A DNA stretch of 43,321 nt. Source: an uncultured Bacteroidales bacterium. GTDB taxonomy: Bacteria; Bacteroidota; Bacteroidia; Bacteroidales; JBBRXJ01. Positions 1-9,500 of the stretch are shown piece by piece. How positions within the stretch are numbered: position 1 is the first letter of the stretch; each line of letters begins with the position of its first letter. The stretch lies in contig CAYMKE010000002.1 in assembly GCA_964390955.1 (NCBI GenBank), positions 1 through 43,321 of the forward strand, read 5' to 3'. A model generated the notes under the pieces. It did not search any database. It was not told where the DNA came from and saw only the letters and a list, made by a program, of their open reading frames with translations. The position numbers and the translations under genes are program-made.

Positions 1-150
1 GAAGATTTCAATATAGAGGAAAAAGAAATACATCGTTATTAACTTTTATACCCAACTTAGGTTTAAAACGTCATATAATCAGGATGAAATGAATAGTTAA
101 GCGGACTTTTTATTGTTTCACAAAGCATTTGTTTTATTGAATTTTCCGGG

Positions 151-1287
151 TTAATATCTGTATACAACTGCCATCTCTTTCCCGGGTTGTGGCATCTCTT
201 CCGGGTTTAACAAAATGATGTTACTATTATGCGTTAAAGCATTTATTGCTGTATAATTGATTAATTCAATATCCGAGGGTTGTTTATTCTCATGAATTTC
301 AACTTTATTATTCTCCTCATCAAAATAACCCCATAATTTAGTATTATAGTTCACATATAATTTTTCTGTCCTGCCCGCTACTGTATTTTTTAATATCTCT
401 TCGGGGATGTCTGATTTATTTTTTGTTTCATGATATTGTTTTATCGCTTCTTTTTTATCTTTCTCATAATAAGTTTTAAGAATATTCAAGGCCTGCTCCT
501 TTAATTCATGAGGAGTATGTCCTTTAGGGCTTTGTCTGATATGATCATTCGCTATAGTCTTATATGATGAAATATTTTTATATTTATAAAATATGTGATC
601 AACACATTCAATAATTAAAGGAATCCCTTTATTTTTGATAGCTTTCATAATTTCAGCATCCACATATCTTAAAAACTCTTCAATTTCTTTATTGTTTTCC
701 TCTGCTCCTCTGAACTGTCCCTGCTGTTTAATCCCTCCCTGAAGATGGGCTCCTTTATTCCGGAACATTTCATTTTTATAATTCTGCCATCCAAGAGCTG
801 TTTCTAATTTTTGAGGAATAAAATTTTCTATTTCTATTCTTGAAATATTATATTTATCGCCTTTATACAGATGAACTCCATGCAAACTCAAAGAAAGAAT
901 ATAATACGTTATGTTATTGTATGCTGTCTCAAGAAATGGCAATATATAAAATTCTTTTCCGACATACGTAAAGTTATTTTGTATTTTAGGAATCATATAA
1001 TATTCAAAAATGTTATTATTCAAAAATATAGCAAGCCCATCCCATGTTTGATATAACAAAAGAGCATCTGATAATAAATCATATGCCGGTGCTAAATAAT
1101 TATCAATATCTTTTTGTTGCATCCCTTTTTTCAGCAATTGTTTTTTTGCTTCTTTCAACTGATTACTTAATTTTTGAGCATTCGTTGCATCTTTAACCTC
1201 TTTAAATGAAGATATATATATTGATACTGAATACGGTTGTTTTTGTTGTACTAATTGTTTTAATGCTTCACTATTAATGTACTTCAT
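151..1287 (-). CDS. eRF1/Pelota-like protein (bacterial archaeo-eukaryotic release-factor-like, baeRF type), tentative
   Basis: 378-aa ATG ORF with no competing frame. It has an N-terminal 'PYSVSIYISS' strand. The central loop 'HLQGGIKQQGQFRG' (residues 181-194) lies where eRF1 carries its GGQ loop, and is followed by the helix 'EIEEFLRYVDAEI'. The C-terminus '...MAVVYRY' resembles the G-x-x-A-[IL]-L-R-[FY] tail of eRF1/Pelota domain 3. The assignment is from remembered family features, not a search. Confidence 0.5.
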   Translation of the reverse strand: MKYINSEALKQLVQQKQPYSVSIYISSFKEVKDATNAQKLSNQLKEAKKQLLKKGMQQKDIDNYLAPAYDLLSDALLLYQTWDGLAIFLNNNIFEYYMIPKIQNNFTYVGKEFYILPFLETAYNNITYYILSLSLHGVHLYKGDKYNISRIEIENFIPQKLETALGWQNYKNEMFRNKGAHLQGGIKQQGQFRGAEENNKEIEEFLRYVDAEIMKAIKNKGIPLIIECVDHIFYKYKNISSYKTIANDHIRQSPKGHTPHELKEQALNILKTYYEKDKKEAIKQYHETKNKSDIPEEILKNTVAGRTEKLYVNYNTKLWGYFDEENNKVEIHENKQPSDIELINYTAINALTHNSNIILLNPEEMPQPGKEMAVVYRY

Positions 1288-1330
1288 AATTTTATCTATT
1301 TATAATTAAATTTTTCAATGTTTGTATTTG

Positions 1331-2395
1331 TTATATTATTTTTAATATTTCTTCTCTTATTTGTTTTAACCCCTCGTTTATGTCTTTATTGACAGTTTCT
1401 AAAGGCAATTTTTTAATTGTGGCAATCTCTTGCCTGCTCATTTGTTCAAGCAAAAACAAATCGACAATATTATGTTTGGAAGGTGGCATTTTGGACATTT
1501 CCCTTTTGATAACCTGATCAATTTCTTTCCTGTTAATTGATGCATAAATACTGTTGATCTGCTCATCATCTACCACCCCGGTTAACACTTCGTCTATACC
1601 GTACATTTCAATTGTTTTATCTGTTCTCATGCCTTCCAACTCTTCATATGGCATCATTTTCCCTTCTGTATTGACACCATAATTTTCCCGCATTGATTCA
1701 TATTCTTTATCCACATATTCATCCAAATCAATGAATTCCTCATTTGCATTGATTTCTTCTTTCAATTTTTCTTTAAATACTTCATCTGCTTTTTGATAAA
1801 TCCAGGAGATGACATCCATATCTTCAGGTTTTGTATCAAAATGGTTATAAAGATTTAAATATAACTCATCGATAATATCTTTTGCATTAAACTCCCCTTT
1901 ATGGATATTCACTGTTTGTTCTGCAATAAATATCCGCCTTGATATATATGCCTCCAATCCCGGAAGCAGTGCTTCCAGTAATTTATTAAACGATAAAATA
2001 TCTTTTTCTGTCCTGATTTCATCTATCTGAGCTGCATAATCAATAATGGCATCAGACACCTTTTTTTTTCGCTGCGAAATTGTTTCTTTGCGTATGTTCC
2101 GTTGTTGACTGATGATTTTATTTTTCAACTCCTCAAATCCCCTGTTGACTGTTTTAATAACATCACTCCCACTGTCTTTAACATAAATCAATTTATCAGG
2201 CATATTAATGGTCATAGAAACGGATATACGGTCATTTTTAACTTCTGAAAAATGAATTTTTACTATGGCAGATTGGGGATGTATCACAAAATATTGATCA
2301 AGCTGTTTCGACTTTTCGTCCATCAATTGTAGTACTTCATTTTTTTCTACCGGGCTTAATATTTCAATATTTGAATATTCAAAATTCATAGGCAT
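1331..2395 (-). CDS. HPF/RaiA-like (S30AE fold) N-terminal domain fused to ECF-type sigma-70 regions 2 and 4
   Basis: 354-aa ORF, 43 nt upstream of the eRF1-like gene on the same strand. Residues ~3-100 ('SPVEKNEVLQLMDEKSKQLDQYF ... IVKIHFSEV ... ISVSMTINMPDKLIYVKDSGSDVIKTVNRGFEELKNKI') follow the HPF/YfiA beta-alpha-beta-beta-beta-alpha pattern. Residues ~135-212 ('LEAYISRRI ... AKDIIDELYLNLYNHF ... ISWIYQKADEVFKEKL') look like ECF sigma region 2. Residues ~305-352 ('IVDLFLLEQMSRQEIATIKKLPLETVNKDINEGLKQIREEIL') look like a region 4 HTH. Confidence 0.55.
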   Translation of the reverse strand: MPMNFEYSNIEILSPVEKNEVLQLMDEKSKQLDQYFVIHPQSAIVKIHFSEVKNDRISVSMTINMPDKLIYVKDSGSDVIKTVNRGFEELKNKIISQQRNIRKETISQRKKKVSDAIIDYAAQIDEIRTEKDILSFNKLLEALLPGLEAYISRRIFIAEQTVNIHKGEFNAKDIIDELYLNLYNHFDTKPEDMDVISWIYQKADEVFKEKLKEEINANEEFIDLDEYVDKEYESMRENYGVNTEGKMMPYEELEGMRTDKTIEMYGIDEVLTGVVDDEQINSIYASINRKEIDQVIKREMSKMPPSKHNIVDLFLLEQMSRQEIATIKKLPLETVNKDINEGLKQIREEILKII

Positions 2396-2607
2396 CTGTA
2401 TTTTTAAATATTTTCAATAAAAATTATTGCAATTAATATGCCATAAATACGATCCGGAAACAATAAATAAATTGATGGTTAATAAGGAATTCAGGGGGGC
2501 TGATGAGGAACTGCCCGATTTTAATTTACATCGTAAAAGCGACCATGTGTTTCTTAAAACACAATTCTTTAAATCTATCAACCATTTATTAGAATAGAGC
2601 CAAACAT

Positions 2608-3735
2608 TTATATCATTCCTTTGGTAGAGGGAAGTCCTCCTTTAAATACATCTCTTCTGACAGCCATCTTAATGGCCCTGCCCAATCCTTTAAAAATAGC
2701 TTCTATCTTATGATGTTCGTTTTCTCCTTCTGCTTTAATATTTAAATTGCATTTAGCGCCATCAGCAAATGATTTAAAAAAATGGGAAACCATTTCTGTG
2801 GGCATCTCCCCAATCTTTTCCCGTTTAAATACTGCATCCCATTCCAACCAGCTTCTTCCTCCGAAATCAAGTACTACTTGAGCAAGGGCATCATCCATGG
2901 GCAATACATATCCATAACGTTCTATTCCACGTTTGTCTCCAAGGGCTTTATGGAATGCTTCTCCAAGGGTAATGGCTGTATCTTCAATGGTATGATGTTT
3001 ATCTACATGCAAATCTCCTTTGACCTGAATGGATATATCTGCTCCCGAATGTCTTGCAATTTGTTCCAACATATGGTCAAAAAAACCGATCCCTGTTGAT
3101 ATATCAGCTTTGCCTGACCCATCCACCGTAACGTTTACGTTTATTTGGGTTTCTTTTGTTTTCCGGTTCACTTCAGCGCTACGCTCTGCATGAAATAAAT
3201 AATCACTGATTTCTTTCCAATGTTCGGTGATTAATACACAATGTTCGAGCAGCCCCTTTTCTATGAGTTCTTCTTTTAAATGTGGTTTATTCAACAAGAT
3301 GGCTTTGCTTCCCAAATTTTTAGCCAATTCCACATCGCTTATCCGGTCTCCTATTACAATGCTGTTGGCCAGGTCATAATCTCCCTCCATATACTTTTTA
3401 AGCAAGCCCGTACGGGGTTTGCGTGTAGGTGCATTATCTTTTTCCCATGAACTGTCAATCAATACATCATCAAATACAATGCCTTCATTGCCAAGCGCCT
3501 GTGTGATTTTGACCTGCACTTTATCAAACACATCTTTCGGATATTTTTCTGACCCCAGGCCATCCTGGTTGGAAACCATCACCAATTCATAATCCAATGC
3601 ATTGCTTATCAACTGTAAATATTTAAAAACATAAGGATAAAATTCCAATTCGTCAAGCGAGTTTATCTGAAACGTAATGGGTGGTTCTATCACCAAAGTA
3701 CCATCCCTGTCTAAAAACAATGCCTTTTTGCTCAT
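2608..3735 (-). CDS. hisB: bifunctional histidinol-phosphatase / imidazoleglycerol-phosphate dehydratase
   Basis: The HAD motif '[11 protein letters not shown]' follows directly after 'MSKK', matching the E. coli HisB N-terminus. IGPD motifs '[17 protein letters not shown]' and '[12 protein letters not shown]' are present. The track ORF starts at a TTG (3756), and I prefer the ATG at 3735. A minus-strand TACCTTTG -7 box overlaps the TTG. Confidence 0.93.
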   Translation of the reverse strand: MSKKALFLDRDGTLVIEPPITFQINSLDELEFYPYVFKYLQLISNALDYELVMVSNQDGLGSEKYPKDVFDKVQVKITQALGNEGIVFDDVLIDSSWEKDNAPTRKPRTGLLKKYMEGDYDLANSIVIGDRISDVELAKNLGSKAILLNKPHLKEELIEKGLLEHCVLITEHWKEISDYLFHAERSAEVNRKTKETQINVNVTVDGSGKADISTGIGFFDHMLEQIARHSGADISIQVKGDLHVDKHHTIEDTAITLGEAFHKALGDKRGIERYGYVLPMDDALAQVVLDFGGRSWLEWDAVFKREKIGEMPTEMVSHFFKSFADGAKCNLNIKAEGENEHHKIEAIFKGLGRAIKMAVRRDVFKGGLPSTKGMI

Positions 3736-3753
3736 TTGGTGTAATTTTTGTAA

Positions 3754-3761
3754 CAAAGGTA
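3754..3761 (-). promoter_or_regulatory. candidate Bacteroidota sigma-A -7 box (TACCTTTG) for hisB
   Basis: The minus-strand sequence matches TAnnTTTG. The G lies 18 nt upstream of the ATG at 3735. Confidence 0.35.
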
Positions 3762-3850
3762 GTAAAAAGGGATGAACTATTAAAAAATCAGCTAATGTGA
3801 AATCAGTTAAAAATTTATGATTTTATTACATCTAAATATATAGATATGTT

Positions 3851-3858
3851 TATATTTG
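3851..3858 (+). promoter_or_regulatory. candidate -7 box (TATATTTG) for the CoADR-fusion gene
   Basis: Matches TAnnTTTG, 26 nt upstream of the ATG at 3885. It is divergent from the hisB box. Confidence 0.4.
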
Positions 3859-3884
3859 TATTTTAAAATTAATCTTTATAAGCC

Positions 3885-6359
3885 ATGAAGAAAAAAATAT
3901 TGATAATAGGTGGTGTTGCCGGGGGAGCAACCACGGCAGCCCGGTTAAGAAGGCTTGACGAACAAGCGGAAATCATTTTATTAGAACGGGGAAAAGAAAT
4001 CTCATATGCCAATTGTGGCCTCCCATATTATATTGGAGATATCATTAAAGACCGGAACAAACTCCTGGTACAGACTCCCGAATCGTTTGGCACCCGGTTT
4101 AATATAGATGTAAGAGTACAAAATGAAGTGGTATTTATTCATCCTAAAGAAAAAAAGGTTGCGATATCTGATCATACTTCAGGTAAACAATATGAAGAAA
4201 CATATGATAAGCTGGTGCTTTCACCGGGAGCAGAACCGCTAAAACCCCCGATCCCGGGAATTAATCAGGAAGGGGTATTCACCCTGCGGAATGTCGCAGA
4301 TACAGATAATATCAAATCATTTATTGATGACCGGGCACCGAAAAGAGCCATTGTAGTCGGCGCCGGTTTTATTGGCCTGGAAATGGCAGAAAACCTGTAT
4401 CATAAAGGCATATTTGTGACCATTGTAGAAATGGCCGAACAAGTGATGACGCCACTGGATTATGAAATGGCAGCAGAAGTTCACCAACACCTGAAAACCA
4501 AACACGTGGAATTTTATCTTAAAGATGGTGTTTCATCATTTCAAAATGATGAACATAAGCTACAGGTAACACTAAACAGTGGCCGGAACCTGGAAGCAGA
4601 TATGGTAATCTTATCCATCGGTGTAAGGCCGGAAACACAACTTGCAAAAGAAGCCGGGCTGGAAATCGGAAACGCCGGGGGAATAAAAGTCAACAGCTAT
4701 TTGCAAACCTCAGACCCGGACATCTATGCCGTGGGAGATGCCATTGAATTTCCAAATCCGATTACAGGGAACAGTTACACTACATATTTAGCCGGGCCAG
4801 CCAACAAGCAGGGGCGCATTGTAGCCGGTAACATTGTACGGGGCAACCAAAAAGAATACACCGGAAGCATTGCCACCGCCATTGCCAAAGTATTTGACAT
4901 TACCGTGGCTTCCTGCGGATTATCTGAAAAGACACTCAAAAAAGAGGGGATCCCCTATCATGCTTCCATTACTCATGGCTCTTCACATGCCGGTTATTAC
5001 CCGGATGCATTTCCTCTTACCATAAAAATCCAATTCGACCCTGATAAAGGTACTCTATTTGGTGCTCAGATTGTGGGGTATGAAGGCGTTGATAAACGCA
5101 TTGACATGATCTCTACAGTGATTAAAAAGAATGGGACCATTTATGATCTCCAGGAAATAGAGCATGCTTATGCACCTCCTTATTCATCAGCGAAAGACCC
5201 GGCCAATATTGCAGGGTTTGCTGCTGAAAATATTTTGAATAACGATGTGAAAATTGTTCACTGGTATGAATTACAATCTTTGCAGGAACGGGAAATTTTT
5301 TTGTTGGATGTGAGAACCCGTGAAGAATTTGATCTGGATACCATAGATGGGGCTGTAAATATTCCTGTTGATGAACTCCGGAAAAGAATTGATGAGGTAC
5401 CTCAAAACAAAAAAGTTATTGTGTTCTGTAGTGTGGGATTACGTGGCTATGTTGCATGCAGGATACTCATGCAACATGACATTACTGAAGCATATAACCT
5501 GACCGGGGGGTATAAAACATACCAACATGCAACGCAAAAACAAAGCAATGAAGACATTTTTGAACGTGATACCATCGGCAAAGACGATCATATCTATCAA
5601 TACGACCCTGAATCATCCACTCCTCCCATCGAAACAAAAACCATTGATGTGGATGCCTGTGGATTACAATGCCCCGGCCCCATCATGAAACTCAAACAGG
5701 AGATGGACAAAATCAGCTATGGTGAAAAAATCAAAGAAACGGCAACAGACCCGGGATTTTATAAAGACGTTCGATCATGGGCTGCCATGACAGGAAATAA
5801 AGTCATTTCAATCGATCAAACCCAGGGGAAAGTGACGGCCGTGATTGAAAAACAAAAACCCAAAGAAAAACCGGCAACTGGCATGCAAAGCAACAACCAA
5901 ACTATGGTAGTGTTTAGTGATGACTTTGACAGGGCCCTGGCTTCATTCGTCATTGCAAACGGAGCTGCTTCAGCAGGCAAAAAAGTCACCATGTTTTTCA
6001 CATTTTGGGGGCTCAGTGTCATCAAGAAAAAAGACAAACCACGGGTAAAAAAAGACTTCATGGGCAGGATGTTTGGCATGATGCTGCCCTCCGGGAGCCA
6101 TAAACTCAAGCTTTCTTCGCTGAACATGTGGAACATGGGCCGGTGGATGATGAAAAAACGCATGAAGTCAAAACGCGTTGATTCATTGGAAACCATGATA
6201 CAACAAGCACTCGACAATGGAGTAGAACTCATTGCCTGCCAAATGTCTATGGACATCATGGGCATTAAAAAAGAAGAATTGCTTGATAATGTTAACATAG
6301 GAGGTGTGGCCACATATTTGCAGGTAGCCGATACTGCGAATGTGAATTTGTTTATTTAG
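3885..6359 (+). CDS. CoA-disulfide/persulfide reductase-like flavoprotein fused to rhodanese, TusA/SirA and DsrE-like domains
   Basis: 824 aa. FAD motif 'ILIIGGVAGGATTA'. Redox Cys 'SYANCGLPYY'. NAD motif 'AIVVGAGFIGLE'. Rhodanese active site 'VFCSVGLRG'. TusA motif 'CGLQCPGPIMKLK'. C-terminal ~160 aa is DsrE/DrsE-like ('VVFSDDFDRALASFVIANGAASAGKKVTMFFTFWG ... LIACQMSMD'). Confidence 0.85.
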   Translation: MKKKILIIGGVAGGATTAARLRRLDEQAEIILLERGKEISYANCGLPYYIGDIIKDRNKLLVQTPESFGTRFNIDVRVQNEVVFIHPKEKKVAISDHTSGKQYEETYDKLVLSPGAEPLKPPIPGINQEGVFTLRNVADTDNIKSFIDDRAPKRAIVVGAGFIGLEMAENLYHKGIFVTIVEMAEQVMTPLDYEMAAEVHQHLKTKHVEFYLKDGVSSFQNDEHKLQVTLNSGRNLEADMVILSIGVRPETQLAKEAGLEIGNAGGIKVNSYLQTSDPDIYAVGDAIEFPNPITGNSYTTYLAGPANKQGRIVAGNIVRGNQKEYTGSIATAIAKVFDITVASCGLSEKTLKKEGIPYHASITHGSSHAGYYPDAFPLTIKIQFDPDKGTLFGAQIVGYEGVDKRIDMISTVIKKNGTIYDLQEIEHAYAPPYSSAKDPANIAGFAAENILNNDVKIVHWYELQSLQEREIFLLDVRTREEFDLDTIDGAVNIPVDELRKRIDEVPQNKKVIVFCSVGLRGYVACRILMQHDITEAYNLTGGYKTYQHATQKQSNEDIFERDTIGKDDHIYQYDPESSTPPIETKTIDVDACGLQCPGPIMKLKQEMDKISYGEKIKETATDPGFYKDVRSWAAMTGNKVISIDQTQGKVTAVIEKQKPKEKPATGMQSNNQTMVVFSDDFDRALASFVIANGAASAGKKVTMFFTFWGLSVIKKKDKPRVKKDFMGRMFGMMLPSGSHKLKLSSLNMWNMGRWMMKKRMKSKRVDSLETMIQQALDNGVELIACQMSMDIMGIKKEELLDNVNIGGVATYLQVADTANVNLFI

Positions 6360-6366
6360 TAATTTT

Positions 6367-6473
6367 CCATTATGTCCACTGACTTCTTTACACTTTCCTC
6401 AAAAATGCACATTGACATCAGTAACCTGCACATTTTGAGGCTTAAATGCCTCGCTAAACGAACATAATGTTCC
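6367..6473. repeat. imperfect palindromic intergenic element, family P, copy 1
   Basis: Starts 8 nt after the stop of the 3885-6359 CDS. Outer arms are 'cattatgt' / 'acataatg'. The central stem is 'cctcaaaa' (6397-6404) / 'ttttgagg' (6433-6440). There is a nested hairpin 'gaggc-ttaaat-gcctc'. The arm 'gaggcttaaatgcctcgctaaacgaacataatgttcc' resembles the reverse complement of the left arm of the 20220-20342 copy. Confidence 0.75.
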
Positions 6474-6548
6474 TAAAATCTTACATCCCTAAACAAATAA
6501 ATACACTCATTAAATTCATTTTTTAACTGCACTTTTTAAAAAAATTCG

Positions 6549-6556
6549 TATTTTTG
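6549..6556 (+). promoter_or_regulatory. candidate -7 box (TATTTTTG) for the 1522-aa T9SS cargo gene
   Basis: Matches TAnnTTTG, 36 nt upstream of the ATG at 6593. Confidence 0.4.
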
Positions 6557-6592
6557 TTCTATAAATATTTATAATTCGTTAATTTTTTAAAC

Positions 6593-9500
6593 ATGAAAAT
6601 CATGAAGAGAATAAAATGTGCATTCATTGTATTGTTATTATTTGCTATTTCTGCATTTTCCCAAACAGATAATAAATTTTGGTTTGTTGCCCCGGATATT
6701 ACTTCCGGGCATGATGCAAATCCACCATATGTTGGTGGAGAACCGATTTATTTAGTATTGACATCTACGGGAACTCCTGTTGAAGTCCGGGTACACCAAC
6801 CAGCCAATACCTCATTTGACACTATTTTTGTACCCATTGCAGCTGGAGAATCTAAAAAAATTGAATTAACATCTCAAATTGATTATATCGAGAATTTTCC
6901 TTCAAGCAATGTGAATAATAAAGGCTTATTAATCGAATCCAAAGGCGGGGACATTACTGCTTATTATGAAGTCGGGACAGTAAACAATCCCGACCTGTTT
7001 GCCCTGAAAGGAAAAAATGCACTGGGATATGAATTTGTAGTGCCATCCCAAAATATATGGGAAAACAATACCTGGTGGTATGATCCAGCCCCCCAGCATT
7101 CCATTCATATCGTGGCTACGGTAGACAATACAGTAATTCAAATTACCCCTACCCAGGATGCTGAAGGGCACACGGCAGACTCTACTTCTGAAATAACTTT
7201 AAACAAAGGACAAACGTATAATTTGAAAGGAACAGGCTCAACAGGCCCGGAACACCTGGCCGGCACTAAAATTGAAGTGGTCTCCGGGGGAAAGATAGCT
7301 ATAACATTGTCTGATGACTCTATACCCAGGAAATCATGTGCCGACCTGAATGGTGATCAAATGATTCCCGTGGATTTGATTGGGAAAGAATACCTGGTGA
7401 TAAAAGGAGAAGTCAACACCCCCGGTGACCTCCCTGAAATGGTATTCATCACTGCCGTGGAAGACAGCACAGACATTTACATCAATGGTGCATTGAAGGC
7501 AAACATCAATGCATTTGAAACCTTTGCTGATACATTAATCACCAACACAAGCTATATCGAAGCCTCAAAAGATATTTATGTATACCACCTGGCTGGTTTT
7601 AGTTGTGAAATGGGAGGAGCTGTATTGCCCACCATTGAAGGATGTATCGGTTCTCATAGTGTAAGTTTTACCCGCTCACTCCCCCGCCCGTTTTATCTAA
7701 ACCTGATGGTCAGGGATGGCGGACAGGATGAGTTTACGCTCCATTATGAAGACGGAACCACCTGGCACCTGCCAGATACCCTGTTTGAAAAGGAACCCAT
7801 TTCAAGGTGGTGGACAATAAAAAACACCCATGAATTATTTGTTGACGGGAAAGATGGAGGAATCCCAACCGGGGAGAACGTAACCATTACCAACGATACG
7901 CTTTTTCACCTGGGATTAGTAAACGGAGAACATAACAGGGGATGCAACTATGGCTATTTTTCAAATTTTGCTGTTGATATGGGATCTGTAGAAATCATTA
8001 GTAAAACATATGATCAAAACTCCAATCTACAAGTTCTATGCCCTGGAGAAACCTCTACATTTAAAGCTACAGGAGGCTACAAGTATGAATGGACTCCCCA
8101 TGACCATCTAGATGACCCGTACAGTGCAACACCTACCGCTTCTCCTCCAGAAGGCACTCATGAATATACTGCTCACATTTACCGGGAATGTTTTTCTGAT
8201 ACATTTAGAAAGGTGACAGTTGTTGTATTTCCTGTGGCCAACCCTCATTTCACCGTTGACATAACCCGTGGATGTACCTCCCATGAAGCATTGTTCATGA
8301 ATGATTCAAGCGGTGCAAATGACTACAAATGGGATTTTGATGGTGATGGAATATTTGATTTTACAGATACTGTATTTCATGATACGCTGCGTTATACCTA
8401 TACCAATACCGGAACAGAAGACAGTATTTTTTATCCTCGCTTAATAAATTCTTACCATGGTTTTTGTGCACATGAACATGTTGATACCATTATCATCCCT
8501 CCCCGGCCCCGGGCTGGTTTTACCGTATCTGATTCTGTCATTGAATCAAGGCAAATGCTTACATTTGTCAATAATGCAACAGGATTTTACGAGGAATGCA
8601 CTTTGTCATTTGGTGATAACATCATATCAACAACGTGTGATACAGTTAACCACACGTATTACAACCAAACTTATTCAGATACAACATATATGGCTCAATG
8701 GATTGTCCGTAATCAACATTGTGCAGATACAGCCACAAAAGAAATCCATGTAAAAGGTGAATTTTCTCATATCACACCTCCTGCTGTCAATCAATCAACA
8801 CAACAATTCTGGTTTGTTGCCCCGGACATTACTTCCGGGCATGATCCTAATCCCCCGTACCTTGGCGGAGAGCCGATATTTTTGGTATTAACATCTACTG
8901 GAAACCCTGTTGAAGTGAGTATACATCAGCCTGCAAACCCCCTTTTTGACACCATTAATTTAGACATTCCTGCCGGTGAATCCAGAAAAATTGAGTTAAC
9001 ATCTCAAATTGATTATATCGAGAATTTTCCTTCAAATTCAATAAATAATAAGGGTATCCTGATCGAATCCAAAGGCGGGGACATTACTGCTTATTATGAA
9101 GTAGGAACAGTAAACAATGCCGACCTGTTTGCCCTGAAAGGAAAAAATGCACTGGGATATGAATTCATTGTGCCTTCCCAAAATATATGGGAAAATAACA
9201 CGTGGTGGTATAGCCCAGACCCCTATCAATCCATTCATATCGTGGCTACGGTAGACAATACAGTAATTCAAATTACCCCTACCCAGGATGCTGAAGGGCA
9301 CACGGCAGACTCTACTTCTGAAATAACTTTAAACAAAGGACAAACGTATAATTTGAAAGGAACAGGCTCAACAGGCCCGGAACACCTGGCCGGCACTAAA
9401 ATTAAAGTGGTCTCCGGGGGAAAGATAGCTGTAACATTGGCTGATGACTCTATATACAGGGAGTCATGTGCCGACCTGAATGGTGATCAAATGATCCCTG

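Noticed and set aside
2500-2507. 'CTGATGAG', the hammerhead ribozyme core heptamer plus G, in a locally GC-rich patch of the hisB / sigma-fusion spacer
   Set aside because: No stem II hairpin follows it, and there is no downstream 'CGAAA' box or compatible stems I/III on either side. A single 8-mer is expected by chance.
3736-3756. TTG-initiated N-terminal extensions in the ORF track (hisB 3756). The same issue applies to 20404 (GTG), 25731 (TTG) and 28705 (TTG)
   Set aside because: Downstream ATGs give canonical N-termini: [12 protein letters not shown] for HisB, a signal peptide, the Rossmann GxGxxG, and 'VTVIIPAFNEE'. The extensions overlap promoter-like AT-rich sequence or the preceding gene.
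5816-6313. 165-aa minus-strand ORF inside the CoADR-fusion gene. Similar antisense or shadow ORFs occur at 11364-11819, 19256-19660, 26706-27110, 28046-28354, 33981-34490, 35359-35721, 35755-36132 and 42501-42926
   Set aside because: Each lies wholly within a longer ORF on the other strand that has clear family motifs. Their translations are low-complexity or Ser/Cys/Leu-rich, as is typical of antisense frames.
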